From: an uncultured Anaerolineaceae bacterium
GTDB lineage: Bacteria; Chloroflexota; Limnocylindria; Limnocylindrales; CSP1-4
Length of the DNA stretch: 64,000 nt
Direction: 5' to 3'
Assembly (NCBI GenBank): GCA_964626755.1
Contig: CAZVGO010000028.1
Coordinates: 28,702-92,701, forward strand
Part shown: positions 9,263 through 19,245 of the stretch, one piece after another
Layout: each line of letters starts with the position of its first letter
How positions within the stretch are numbered: position 1 is the first letter of the stretch
Position numbers and translations under genes: made by a program
The notes under the pieces: generated by a model
What the model saw: only the letters and a program-made list of their open reading frames with translations
Database searches by the model: none
What the model was told of the DNA's origin: nothing

Positions 9263-11344
9263 TCAGGGCAGCCAGCGTGGATTGCTGCCGTCGGTCGTGA
9301 GCGGCGATAGCCGGGCCGTCGTCGGGTCGATGACCCAGATCCCAGCCGAGACGACCGTCTCGTCGCCACGAACGCGGGCGAACAGGATCGACCGGCCGTC
9401 CGGGGCGAAGGCGGGCGAGCGATCCGACAGGTCAGTGGCCGGAGTGAGAACGCGCGGCTGGACGTCGGTCGGTCGGAGGATCGCGAGGCGGCTTGCACCG
9501 GAGGAATCCGGCACGAGGAACGCCAGCGCCCCGTCCGATCCGACCGCCACCGATCCACCGCCCGCGATGATCCTGGTCACGGTCCCGTCGAGGCCCACCG
9601 CGTAGATCCCGTCCGCGGATTCGCCGCTTTCGCGGCCGGCAACGACGAACCGGCCGTCCGCCGGCGACCATGCCGGGCCGGCGACGGCGACGAGCCCGGT
9701 GTCGACAACCGCCAGCTCCGGCACGTCGGGGTCGAGGTCGACGAGCCGGACGTCGCCCCGACCGGTCGTGATCAGGAGCCTCTCGCCGGCCGGGTCGAAG
9801 GCAGCCTGGGCCGCCCACGGGAGGGCCCGCTGCGTCGTGTCGACCCCATCGCCCTCGACCAGCGTCGACCCGAGCGGGGGCGCGCCGCCGGTGAGGATCG
9901 GCCGTTCGTCTCCGGCCGTCGGGTCGAGGGGGACGAGCCAGTATCCGAGGTCCGCGCCGGCCCCATCGCGACGTCCCACGAGGAGCGAGCGCTCGTCCGG
10001 GCTGAACCGCGGCGCGTACTCGAACGCGTCCCCTTCCGTGAGCGTCCGGGCGTCGCGGCCGTCCATCCGCATCGTGCGGATCACCCCGCCGGCCGACCAG
10101 GCGATCCGGTCCCCGTCCGCGGACACGCCAAACCCGGCGACGGGCACGAGTTCCGTCGTGATCTGGCGGGGGTTCGAGCCGTCAGGGTTCATCAACCAGA
10201 CGTTGCGGACACCGCTCCGTGCCGAAAGGAACGCGATCTGGTTCTGGCCGGAGACGGCCGGCTGACCGGTCGTGAACGTCCACGTCCGCCCCGCCGCGAC
10301 CTGACCAGGTGCCTCGAGCCGCGTGATGACCGGCGCGAGTGACACGCTGTACGTCGTGTGCGACGCCAGCGCGGCGGACGGCCGGAAGACGAGGACGGTC
10401 GCCGGCCGCGGGGGCGAGTCCGGCGCCGGCTTGGGGCCGGCGTCCGTGGGCAGCGCGATCGCCTCGAAGGTGCCCCGCACGGGCGGCGTGATCTGGAGCG
10501 CCTCGCCGATCGTCGCGGGATCGATCGGGCCGTCGAAGAGGACCGCGATGGGTGTCCCGACGCCGACCCCGGCCACGCCGTTGGCGGGCACAGTTCGGGT
10601 GACGCCGAGGCCCGCGGCCACGGTCGAGAAGCGCGTCTCGAACGCGGTGCGCAGCGTGCTGCCGTCGGTGTCCGCGGCTCCAGTCCCGATCGTCACGGTG
10701 TACGTCGTCGCGAACTGCAACGGCCGCACGAAGGTCAGTGCGAGCGCCTGCCCGCTCCACGCGGGCCCGATCTCCGCGGGAGGATCGACTCGGAGTGCGG
10801 ACTCCACGGCCTCGGTGTCCATGAGCCGGTCGAAGGTGACCGTCACGACCGCGTCCACGGCGATCCCGGTGGCGCCGTCGAGCGGGTCGGTCGAGAGGAC
10901 CGCCGGCGGGCCAACGGTCCTGAACTGCCACTCGACGCCGCTCGGGGCCGCGTTTCCGGCGAGGTCCTCGAAGCCGCCGGCGATCCGGATCGTGAAGGCC
11001 GTGTCCTGGGGGAGCCGTTGGGAGGGCGTGAAGATCGCGTTCGAGCCGTCCCAGGAGATCGCGCCCGGCCAGTACGGGACGATTCCGAATCGGCGCTCGA
11101 CCGATCCTGTCTGGACGGGCTCGCTGAACTCGATGTCGATCGACGTGACCGTCTGGGCCAGGGTGCCGCTGTCGTCCGCGGCGGCGCTCAGGGAGATCCG
11201 CGCCACGCTCGGGGCGCGCCGGTCGACGAGGGTCGCGTTGACCAGCACGAAGCCGAGTGCGACGACCGCCAGGAGCAGGCTGCCGAGGGAGATGACGCGG
11301 CGGCGCACCCTCAGCGCCCGGGGCTTTTGGTCACGGCGCGGCAC
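9263..11344 (-). CDS. Membrane-anchored protein with tandem bacterial Ig-like domains and a TolB-like beta-propeller
   Basis: N-terminal TM, three repeats of the type V..T.P.DGA.GV..D..I.V.F...MD, then IAFLSARSGVRNVWLMNPDGSNP and PRFSPD/PAFAPDG repeats. The start is uncertain. Confidence 0.75.
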   Translation of the reverse strand: MPRRDQKPRALRVRRRVISLGSLLLAVVALGFVLVNATLVDRRAPSVARISLSAAADDSGTLAQTVTSIDIEFSEPVQTGSVERRFGIVPYWPGAISWDGSNAIFTPSQRLPQDTAFTIRIAGGFEDLAGNAAPSGVEWQFRTVGPPAVLSTDPLDGATGIAVDAVVTVTFDRLMDTEAVESALRVDPPAEIGPAWSGQALALTFVRPLQFATTYTVTIGTGAADTDGSTLRTAFETRFSTVAAGLGVTRTVPANGVAGVGVGTPIAVLFDGPIDPATIGEALQITPPVRGTFEAIALPTDAGPKPAPDSPPRPATVLVFRPSAALASHTTYSVSLAPVITRLEAPGQVAAGRTWTFTTGQPAVSGQNQIAFLSARSGVRNVWLMNPDGSNPRQITTELVPVAGFGVSADGDRIAWSAGGVIRTMRMDGRDARTLTEGDAFEYAPRFSPDERSLLVGRRDGAGADLGYWLVPLDPTAGDERPILTGGAPPLGSTLVEGDGVDTTQRALPWAAQAAFDPAGERLLITTGRGDVRLVDLDPDVPELAVVDTGLVAVAGPAWSPADGRFVVAGRESGESADGIYAVGLDGTVTRIIAGGGSVAVGSDGALAFLVPDSSGASRLAILRPTDVQPRVLTPATDLSDRSPAFAPDGRSILFARVRGDETVVSAGIWVIDPTTARLSPLTTDGSNPRWLP

Positions 11345-11373
11345 GATAGCACAGCCCCTATACTCGCCTACTT

Positions 11374-11970
11374 GTGAGCAAACGCCCCGCGCTAGGGTGT
11401 CTCTTCGAGGTGGTCGAGACACTCGTCTTGACCCTGATCATCTTCCTCGTCATCCAGACCTTCATCGCCCAGCCATACCGCGTCGAGCAGCAGTCAATGG
11501 AGCGCACCCTCGAGCCGGACCAGTACGTCCTCGTCGACAAGCTGACTCCCCGCTTCGACACGTACAAGCACGGCGACATCGTCGTCTTCAACCCGCCGGC
11601 GGACTGGATCCAGCCCGACGGCACTCCGTTCATCAAGCGGGTGATCGGGATCGGCGGTGACACGGTCGAGATCAAGGACGACGGGTTCGTGTACATCAAC
11701 GGCGTCCAGCTCAAGGAGCCGTACGTGTACCAGGAGGACGGCCTGCCCCAACCGACGGTGTCGTCCACCGACCCGCCCCGCTGGGAGATTCCGGACGGCG
11801 AGCTGTTCGTGATGGGCGACCACCGGGAGAAGTCCTCCGACTCGCGGACGTTCGGGCCCATCGAGAACGGGGACGTGATCGGCCGGGCGTGGCTCCGCTA
11901 CTGGCCATTCGACGCGTTCGGGATCCTCCCGACACCCACCCACCCGGAGCTGCAGACCTCGGCGCCGTGA
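11374..11970 (+). CDS. lepB: Signal peptidase I
   Basis: VEQQSMERTL (catalytic Ser), FIKRVIGIGGD (catalytic Lys) and MGDHREKSSDSR motifs. Confidence 0.95.
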   Translation: MSKRPALGCLFEVVETLVLTLIIFLVIQTFIAQPYRVEQQSMERTLEPDQYVLVDKLTPRFDTYKHGDIVVFNPPADWIQPDGTPFIKRVIGIGGDTVEIKDDGFVYINGVQLKEPYVYQEDGLPQPTVSSTDPPRWEIPDGELFVMGDHREKSSDSRTFGPIENGDVIGRAWLRYWPFDAFGILPTPTHPELQTSAP

Positions 11971-12749
11971 ACCTGTTGCTCGCGGCGGCCGCGATCGTGG
12001 TCGTGGCAGGCGGCGTCGTCGCGGTGTCGTGGCGGGAGTCGCGGCCGGCCATCCTGGGGCTCACGCTCGCCGCCGTCGCGGCGCCGCTCGTCGCCGACCC
12101 GCTGCCGGACACGCTGCCGCTGGCGGCCAGGCTCGTGGGCGCGATCCTCGGCGGGTTCCTCCTGTGGGTCGCGGTGCGCGGCCAGCCCGCGACCCGCGGA
12201 TCTCGCCTCGGCTGGCCGGTCGAGGCGCTCCTGGCTGCCGCGGCCGCGGTCGCAGGCTTCGGGGCGATCGGCATCGTCGCGCCGGGCCCGGCCGCCGAAG
12301 TGCTCGTCGGCGCGGAGCACGCGGTCATCGCACCGCGCGAGGCCCTCGCCGCCGGGTTCGCGACCGGCGCCCTCGCGATCGGGCCGATCTTCGCGGGCCG
12401 TGACGTCCTCCGGCTCGGAACCGGCCTCGTTCTCGCGGTCCTCGCCGCGCAACTGGTCCGGGTAGGGCTCGCGGGCTCACCATCGGGCCTCGAGCAGATC
12501 GTGACCGCCGGCTTGACCGTGGTCGTCGCCGGCGCGGCGGCGAGCCTCGCTGCGAACGCCGTCCGGAGCGGCAGCGGCCTCGAGCCGTCCACGGCCACAC
12601 GCCCTGCAGCCGGGCCACGGCAAGGCCCGGATTCACCGGCGCGCGAGTCCGGTGACCCGGGCGCGGACGAACACGTCCCCCGCTTCGGCCCGCGGAGCGC
12701 CGGCCGTCGCTCGTTGCCCGGTCGCTGGGGCCGTCGACCGAACCGGTGA
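11967..12749 (+). CDS. Multi-pass membrane protein, weakly HyfE/NuoK-like
   Basis: The GTG start overlaps the lepB stop. It has about 6-7 hydrophobic segments and is coupled to the next gene. Confidence 0.55.
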   Translation: MNLLLAAAAIVVVAGGVVAVSWRESRPAILGLTLAAVAAPLVADPLPDTLPLAARLVGAILGGFLLWVAVRGQPATRGSRLGWPVEALLAAAAAVAGFGAIGIVAPGPAAEVLVGAEHAVIAPREALAAGFATGALAIGPIFAGRDVLRLGTGLVLAVLAAQLVRVGLAGSPSGLEQIVTAGLTVVVAGAAASLAANAVRSGSGLEPSTATRPAAGPRQGPDSPARESGDPGADEHVPRFGPRSAGRRSLPGRWGRRPNR

Positions 12750-14260
12750 GCCTGCTGCCGTTCCTCCTCGTGACGTTCATCGTCGGTGGGCTGTCGCTGC
12801 TGGCCCGTCCGTACCCGCGGTGGTCCGCAGCCATTGGTTTCGCCGGTCTCGGCCTGGCGATTGCCACGGCGGCGACGATCGGCCCCGACGAGTCGTTCGT
12901 CGTCGCCGGCGGGGCGATCTCGGGGACCGAGTTCGCCCGGCTCTTTCTCATCATCGGCTCGATCGCAGGCTTCGTGCTGTGCCTCGTGGCGCTGATGCCG
13001 AGCCTGCCGCCGGCGTTTCCCGGGGCCACGCTCGTTGGCCTGGGCGGAGCGGGCCTTGCGCTGGGAGTCGTCGACACGGGCACTGCCGTCGCGGCGGCCA
13101 CGGCCGGGGCGGTCGTCGGAATCCTCCTGACGCTCATCCGGCCGGTCTCGCAGAGCGGCCTGATCGTCGCCGCCCGCGAGCTCCGGGCGCTCGTCGTCGC
13201 GGGCGCGCTCGGGCTCGCCGCGACGGCCGCGGTCGCGGGCCCGCTCGCCGCCGTCCGCCTGAACCCCGAGCTGATCGGGCTGGCCTACCTGGCGTTCGCG
13301 GTCGCGGTCGCGATCCGGCTCGGAGCGGTCCCGTTCCATCTCTGGGCGGCACGGGTCGCCGACGCGGCGCCGGAGGTCGGGCTGCCGCTGATCATGGCCT
13401 GGGGACCGGCCGCCTTCGCGGCCGTTGCACTGGCGTGGTCCGACGGCGCGGTTGCACCGCTCGGGCAGTCGCTCAGCATCGAGCGCGGGATGGTCGTCCT
13501 CATCGGGGCGGTGAGCATCGGCCTCGGCACTGTGGCGGCGGCCGCGCATGACGACCTCGAGCACGTCGTCGGCTACTCGATCGTGGCCGACGCGGGGATC
13601 ATCCTGCTCGGCCTCGCGGTGCTCGACCCCGCGGCCTGGGAGCCGACCCGGATCTGGCTCCTCGCGTTCGTGGCCGGGAAGAGTGCCTTCGCGGCGTGGG
13701 CCGCAGCGATGCGGGCGACGTTCGGGAGTCACCGCCTGAGCGAACTGCGCGGCTGGGCCAGGCGCGCCCCGGTCCTCGCCCTCGCGCTCGTCTCGATCGT
13801 CGTGGCCGGGGTCGGCTGGCCGGGCATGGCCGCGTTTGCGGCGCGCGCATCGCTCATCGACCTCGCGGTCGATGGTCCTCTCGCGAATGCGCTGCTGGCG
13901 GCCGCGCTCGGATCGCTCCTCTACTACGGACGGTTGTTCGTGACCGGGCTGCTTCCGCCCAGCCCGGTGGTTCTCGCCAGCACCGAACGGCGCGCCCCGG
14001 AGCCGGTCGGTCTCAAGGAGAGGTTCGCCTTCCTCCACGATGCCCGCGCGGCCTGGGCGACCAACCGCCCCGCGATTGCGGGCGCCGTCGTCCTCGTGCT
14101 TGCGAGCGTGGCGGTCGCGGTGTCGGGCGGCGGGCTCGGCGTGCGCGAGGCCGCGGCCGGCTTGCCGCCGGAAGTGGGTGCCCCGGTGGAGTCACTCGGG
14201 CCGGCGAACCCCTTCGACGAGCCGTCGTCCGGTCCGGAGCCGACCGCCGAGCCGCCCTGA
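12746..14260 (+). CDS. NuoN/MrpD-like antiporter-fold membrane subunit (divergent)
   Basis: AIRLGAVPFHLWAARVADAAP, VVGYSIVADAGIILL and GWPGMAAFAAR match the Proton_antipo_M pattern. Confidence 0.75.
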   Translation: MSLLPFLLVTFIVGGLSLLARPYPRWSAAIGFAGLGLAIATAATIGPDESFVVAGGAISGTEFARLFLIIGSIAGFVLCLVALMPSLPPAFPGATLVGLGGAGLALGVVDTGTAVAAATAGAVVGILLTLIRPVSQSGLIVAARELRALVVAGALGLAATAAVAGPLAAVRLNPELIGLAYLAFAVAVAIRLGAVPFHLWAARVADAAPEVGLPLIMAWGPAAFAAVALAWSDGAVAPLGQSLSIERGMVVLIGAVSIGLGTVAAAAHDDLEHVVGYSIVADAGIILLGLAVLDPAAWEPTRIWLLAFVAGKSAFAAWAAAMRATFGSHRLSELRGWARRAPVLALALVSIVVAGVGWPGMAAFAARASLIDLAVDGPLANALLAAALGSLLYYGRLFVTGLLPPSPVVLASTERRAPEPVGLKERFAFLHDARAAWATNRPAIAGAVVLVLASVAVAVSGGGLGVREAAAGLPPEVGAPVESLGPANPFDEPSSGPEPTAEPP

Positions 14261-14347
14261 TCGGTTCTCACGAATTCACCTGCGGGTGGCATTGCAATGA
14301 GCCAGCGTGAGCGTGTTCACCTCGGCGTGTCCTGGGCCGGGCCCGCC

Positions 14348-14809
14348 TCATTCCTCCGGGGCGAGCGCCCAGCGGTCGATGTCCCGCTCGTACTCGACGA
14401 CTTCGCCCGGGGCGAACCAGAGCGCCAGCTCGGTCTCGGCTGTCTCCGCGCTGTCCGACGCATGGACGAGGTTCTGGGCCGTCTCGAGTGCGAAGTCGCC
14501 GCGGATCGTGCCGGGGGCCGCCTCGTGTGGCCGCGTCGCGCCGTTCATGGCCCGAACGATCGCGATTGCATTCGGGCCCTCGAGGACGGCTGCGACGAGT
14601 GGACCACTCGTGATGAAGTCGACCAGCCCCCGAAAGAACGGCTTCTCCCGGTGCACCGCATAGTGCCGCTCGGCGAGCTCGGTCGAGACAGTCATGAGCT
14701 TCAGCGCCACGAGCTTCAGGCCGCGCTCTTCGTACCGCGCGAGGATGCGCCCGGCGAGGAGACGCTGGATGGCGTCGGGTTTCACAAGAACGAGAGTCCG
14801 TTCGTTCAC
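14348..14809 (-). CDS. ndk: Nucleoside-diphosphate kinase
   Basis: [18 protein letters not shown] and NLVHASDS motifs. Confidence 0.97.
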   Translation of the reverse strand: MNERTLVLVKPDAIQRLLAGRILARYEERGLKLVALKLMTVSTELAERHYAVHREKPFFRGLVDFITSGPLVAAVLEGPNAIAIVRAMNGATRPHEAAPGTIRGDFALETAQNLVHASDSAETAETELALWFAPGEVVEYERDIDRWALAPEE

Positions 14810-14820
14810 AGGCGGAAACT

Positions 14821-15675
14821 CTACTGCCCGCGCCGGGCGAGGGCGGCGGCCGCGGCCGCATAGGCGCGCTCGGCGTCCTCGTCATGGCCGGCGAGGCGGT
14901 ACGCGTCGCCCCGGACGAGCTCCAGCTCCGCGCTGAGCGAGGGGCTGCGGGCAATCGCTTCGAGCACGCCCTGGGCGAGATCCGGTGCCACGCGGAGGAT
15001 GATCGCGAGGCGAACGGCGACACCCGCCCGGTGACCGGCCGTGAGGGCCGCGGCCGCCGCCTCCAGCTCCGCCTTCGGGTCCGACATCGGGCCCGCGAGC
15101 TGATCGTCGGTGTCCCAGAAGCCCGGGCCGGTCGGGACCAGCTCGGCAGCGGCCGCGTCCGCGTCGGCTACCGGCGGCGCCCCGTCGCCGATCGACTGGT
15201 CATCGGCACCGTCCTGCGGAAAGAGCATCCCGGTGGGCTGGCCCGCTTCGGACGGGTCGGCCGGCCAGATCAGGCTGCGCGGCATCCCGGCGAAGATCTG
15301 CTCGAGTGACGCATCGGACCGCTCGAGGGCCCGGCCGGCCAGGCGGCGGGCCTCGCCGGGGCGGCCCACGGCCGCCGTCGCCTCCGCGGCGATGACGAGC
15401 GCGACGATCGAGTCGCCGCCGGCGGCGAGGTGCGCCTGGGCGGCCTCGCCGGCACCGGTCAGATCGCCGGTCCGCCAGCGTGCCTCGGCGAGGCCGAGGA
15501 GCCCGTCCGGACCGAGGTCCCCCACTCCGGCGAGCGCCTCGAGCTCGGCGCGGGCGAGGCCGAGGTGGCCCATCCGGAGGTGGAGCCTGGCGAGCCGCCG
15601 ATCCAGCTCCGCCTCGGCGGGGCGTCGTCGCGCCACCGGCTGGGCCGCGGGGCCCGGGGTCCGGACGTCGGTCAC
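14821..15675 (-). CDS. TPR-like helical repeat hypothetical protein
   Basis: Ala/Leu-rich helix pairs ([21 protein letters not shown]; [20 protein letters not shown]). Confidence 0.6.
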   Translation of the reverse strand: MTDVRTPGPAAQPVARRRPAEAELDRRLARLHLRMGHLGLARAELEALAGVGDLGPDGLLGLAEARWRTGDLTGAGEAAQAHLAAGGDSIVALVIAAEATAAVGRPGEARRLAGRALERSDASLEQIFAGMPRSLIWPADPSEAGQPTGMLFPQDGADDQSIGDGAPPVADADAAAAELVPTGPGFWDTDDQLAGPMSDPKAELEAAAAALTAGHRAGVAVRLAIILRVAPDLAQGVLEAIARSPSLSAELELVRGDAYRLAGHDEDAERAYAAAAAALARRGQ

Positions 15676-15688
15676 GTTGACTGCCTAC

Positions 15689-16960
15689 TCATGCCGCCAG
15701 CCGGAACCGGCGGTCGAGGCCGCGGGTGTGGCGGAGCGGGGCGACGACGGCCATCCGGAGGAGCTCATCCCTGAACAGCCGCCCGGCCAGCCGCCGGATC
15801 GACTCCCCGTCGACGGCCGCGACCGCGGCAAGGGCCTCGTCGAGCGTCAGGACGCGATCGTGGAGGGCCTCCTGGCTTCCGATCCACGACGCGAGGTACC
15901 GTGTCTCGTCGAGCCGCAGCTCGAGGCCACCCGAAAGATACGCCTTCGCCTTCGCCAGCTCGTCGTCGCCGACGGGCTCGTCGCGGAGCCGCCCGAGCTC
16001 GTCGAGAATCGCCCCGACCGCCTTCGGCAGGTTGGCGGGATCGACGCCGGCGGAGATCTCGAGCACGCCGGCATCGTCGTACTCGGCGACGCCCGACGAG
16101 ATGTCGTACGCGAGCCGGCGGTCCTCCCGGACGGCGAGGAAGAGCCGGCTGCTCATCCCGTCGCCGAGGACGCCGTTGAGGAGGGCGAGCGTCCACGTGT
16201 CCGGGTCGTCGCGCGGGAGTGCCGGGACGCCGATCGCGAGCTGGGCTTGCGTCGCATCGCGTCTCGCCCCGACGAGGATCCGCTCGCCGGCGGGCAGGGC
16301 AGGGGCCGGCGCCCAGCCAGGCAGCGCGCCGTTGCCGGTCCCGAAGGCCGTTTGGGCGAGCGCCACAGCCTCGTCGTGGTCGATGTCGCCGGCCACGGCC
16401 ACGACAGTGTTCGCCGGTCGGTAGGTGGTTCGCCAGAAGTCACGGATGCGGGCCTCGGGCAGCGCCCGGATGCCGGCCTCATCGCCGCAGATCTCGCGGC
16501 CGAGCGGCCCGGTCCCGAACATCGCCCGCTGGAAGAGGATCTGGCAGTACTCGGCCGGGTCGTCGAGGTAGGACCGGATCTCCTCGATGATCACCGATCG
16601 CTCCTGGTCGATCTCGCGATCGTCGAGGATGGGCCGGACGATCAGCTCGCCGAGGACGCTGGTCGCCCGCTCGACCTCGCGCCGGGGAACGCGGACCCAG
16701 TAGACGGTCGACTCGCGGTCGGTGGCCGCGTTGAACGACCCGCCCACCCCCTCGATCGCCTCCGAGATCGCCCGGCTCGAGGGGTAGGCGGCCGTCCCCT
16801 TGAACGTGATGTGCTCCATGAAGTGGGCGACGCCCGCGTCATCCGGCGTCTCGAGGCGCGAGCCGGCGAGGACGTACGCGGCGATCGACACCGACCGCGA
16901 CCCCGCGAGGCGGGCAGAAATCACCCGTGGCCCGTCGGGTAGCGCGGTACGTTCGAACAC
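15689..16960 (-). CDS. M16 family (pitrilysin-like) zinc peptidase
   Basis: GVAHFMEHITFKGT (inverted HxxEH) and NGVLGDGMSSRLF motifs. Confidence 0.93.
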   Translation of the reverse strand: MFERTALPDGPRVISARLAGSRSVSIAAYVLAGSRLETPDDAGVAHFMEHITFKGTAAYPSSRAISEAIEGVGGSFNAATDRESTVYWVRVPRREVERATSVLGELIVRPILDDREIDQERSVIIEEIRSYLDDPAEYCQILFQRAMFGTGPLGREICGDEAGIRALPEARIRDFWRTTYRPANTVVAVAGDIDHDEAVALAQTAFGTGNGALPGWAPAPALPAGERILVGARRDATQAQLAIGVPALPRDDPDTWTLALLNGVLGDGMSSRLFLAVREDRRLAYDISSGVAEYDDAGVLEISAGVDPANLPKAVGAILDELGRLRDEPVGDDELAKAKAYLSGGLELRLDETRYLASWIGSQEALHDRVLTLDEALAAVAAVDGESIRRLAGRLFRDELLRMAVVAPLRHTRGLDRRFRLAA

Positions 16961-17147
16961 GAGCCCGATGGTACAGGCAACAGGCGTCCAGATCGGCGGA
17001 CGGGTCCGGCCCGTTCGCGGGGGAGCTCGGCCTGTGCGCCCACCGCACTGGGCGCCACCGGTCGCGACCATCCTGTGCGCCGACGGCATGGAACCGCAGC
17101 TCCACGTGATCATTCGTGCGCCCAACGCGCCGGTGGTCTTCCTGACA

Positions 17148-17183
17148 AGACGGCGCCCCGGGCGAGGGCCCGGGGCGCCGTCT
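17148..17183 (-). terminator. Perfect 16-bp stem hairpin after the NCS2 permease
   Basis: AGACGGCGCCCCGGGC-gagg-GCCCGGGGCGCCGTCT, 15 nt past the permease stop codon. Confidence 0.7.
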
Positions 17184-17197
17184 GCACGCGCGCGGGG

Positions 17198-18589
17198 TCA
17201 GGCCGGCGGGTTGATCACGAGATTGAGCCAGCTCTGGGCGAAGTAGACGACAAACGCGGCGGCGACGAGCCACATCAACGGGTGGATGTCGCCGATCTTG
17301 CCGCGGACGACCTTGACCACGACGTAGGCGATGAAGCCAGCCCCGATCCCGACAGTGATGCTGAACGTCAGCGGCATGAGGATCAGCGCGAGGAGGGCCG
17401 GGAACCCTTCTTCGACGTCGGTGAAATCGATGCCCCGGATGAGGGTCACCATCAGATAGCCGACGACGATGAGGACCGGCGCCGTCGCCTGGAACGGCAC
17501 GAGTGTCGCGAGCGGCGTCAGGAGGATAGCGGCGAGGAACAGGAGCCCGACGACGACCGCGGTCAGACCCGTTCGGCCGCCTTCCGCGACTCCCGCGGCG
17601 CTCTCGATGTAGCTCGTGTTCGAGCTGATTCCCGCGGCGCCGCCCGCGGCGGCCGCGACGGCGTCGACCACGAGGATGCGCCCGGTGTTCGGGATCTGCC
17701 CGTTTTCGTCGACGAGGTCGGCCTGCTCGGCGATGGCCGTGGCCGTGCCCATCGTGTCGAAGAAGTCGGTCAGCATGAAGCTGAAGATCGTGAGGATCGC
17801 GGCGAGCGTCCCGAGCGTCGTGAACACGTTGCCGAGGTCGAACGCGCCGAGCGTGCTGAAGCTCGGAGTGATGATGAAGTTCGAGGGCAGCGGCTGGACG
17901 CCGAGGGCGATCGCGATGACGGTCGTGATGAGGATGCTGAGGAGCAGGGCCGCCGGCACGCGCCGGACGAACAGGGCGACGGTGATGATCAGCCCGATGA
18001 CCGTCACGGCCGCGGGCAGCGTCACCGGAAAGACGAACTCGACGGGGACGGCGGTACCGCCCCGGATGAGCCCGCCGTCGAAGAAGCCGATGAACAGGAT
18101 GAACAGGCCGATACCGACGGCGATCGCCCGCTTCAGCGAGTTGGGGACGGCGTTCATGATCGCCTCGCGCAGTCCGACGAGCACGAGGACGAGGACGACG
18201 AGGCCCTCGATCACGATCACGCCCATCGCGCCGGCGGGCGTGAGCCCGGCACCGAGCACGAGGGCGAACGCGACCAGCGCATTGATTCCGAGGCCCGCCG
18301 CCAGCGCGATCGGGACGTTCGCGACGACTCCCATCGCGATGCTCATCACCCCCGCGACCAGGGCAGTCGCGGCCGCGGCGGGTGCCTTGAATGCGTCCGC
18401 CTGGGCTTGATCGGTGAACATGTTCGAGAGAATGAGCGGGTTCAGGAACAGGATGTACGACATGACCATGAAGGTGGTCACGCCCGCCTTCACCTCGGTG
18501 GCGAAGTTCGTGCCACGTTCGGCGAACTTGAAGTAATCGGCGAGCGCGCCGCCGCTGGCGACGGGTCGCCGGGGCTCTGCAGCGTCCAA
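17198..18589 (-). CDS. NCS2/AzgA family purine permease
   Basis: EVKAGVTTFMVMSYILFLNP, FFDTMGT and YIESAAGVAEGGRTGL motifs. TTG start with a GGAGGGAAGG SD. Confidence 0.92.
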   Translation of the reverse strand: MDAAEPRRPVASGGALADYFKFAERGTNFATEVKAGVTTFMVMSYILFLNPLILSNMFTDQAQADAFKAPAAAATALVAGVMSIAMGVVANVPIALAAGLGINALVAFALVLGAGLTPAGAMGVIVIEGLVVLVLVLVGLREAIMNAVPNSLKRAIAVGIGLFILFIGFFDGGLIRGGTAVPVEFVFPVTLPAAVTVIGLIITVALFVRRVPAALLLSILITTVIAIALGVQPLPSNFIITPSFSTLGAFDLGNVFTTLGTLAAILTIFSFMLTDFFDTMGTATAIAEQADLVDENGQIPNTGRILVVDAVAAAAGGAAGISSNTSYIESAAGVAEGGRTGLTAVVVGLLFLAAILLTPLATLVPFQATAPVLIVVGYLMVTLIRGIDFTDVEEGFPALLALILMPLTFSITVGIGAGFIAYVVVKVVRGKIGDIHPLMWLVAAAFVVYFAQSWLNLVINPPA

Positions 18590-18684
18590 CTCGGTGCCTT
18601 CCCTCCTCGTAGCCGCCGGCCGCGCGTGTGCGCCGACGCCACCCTTCCACTCCCGCCGGCCGATCAGCCGGCGGTCCGGATCGG

Positions 18685-19119
18685 CTACTCGTCCTCGTGG
18701 GCGTCGAGGCCGAGCAGCTCCATCTGGACAAAACCGCTGGTGTCGAACTCGAGCTGACGCGGGGCAAAGGGAGACTCGGCGTCGGTCGGGCCGACCGGCG
18801 CGAATTCGATGACGACGCGCTCATCGCCCTGGACGAGGGCGTAGACGAGCAGCTGGTCCGGGCGGGTCTCGAACTCGAGGTGCTCGAACGAGTCGATGTT
18901 AAGGGTGATCGCGAGGGGCGTGAAGTATGTCGAGACGTCCGGCTGGTCGACGACGAGCCGTTCGACCCAGCCGGTCCCGTGATCGACCAGGTCACGGCCA
19001 CGGAAGTAGCGGTAGCTGACGGTCTGCTTGAGCAGCGGCCGGAGGAGGTTCTGGATGTCCGCACGGGTAGAGACGACGCCCTGGTTGACGAAGAACTTCG
19101 CGGGCGGGGCGCTCGACAC
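18685..19119 (-). CDS. Hypothetical beta-rich protein
   Basis: The C-terminal 144 codons of the ORF 18685..20013 have normal coding composition (MSSAPPAKFFVNQGVV...). No family was recognised. Confidence 0.65.
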   Translation of the reverse strand: MSSAPPAKFFVNQGVVSTRADIQNLLRPLLKQTVSYRYFRGRDLVDHGTGWVERLVVDQPDVSTYFTPLAITLNIDSFEHLEFETRPDQLLVYALVQGDERVVIEFAPVGPTDAESPFAPRQLEFDTSGFVQMELLGLDAHEDE

Positions 19120-19245
19120 GAGGCGGCTCCTGCGGCTGGCCGGTCCGGGGCACGGGGCGGGGCTCGGACGCTGGGGCTGACGGGGATGGTACTGCACCAA
19201 ACCAACCACGGAAAGGTGATTCCGGAGCCCGCGTATGATCGAGCC

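Noticed and set aside
18590-18684. Purine riboswitch upstream of the NCS2 permease
   Set aside because: The conserved UAUAAU..GAUAUGG..GUUUCUAC..CCGUAAA core is absent.
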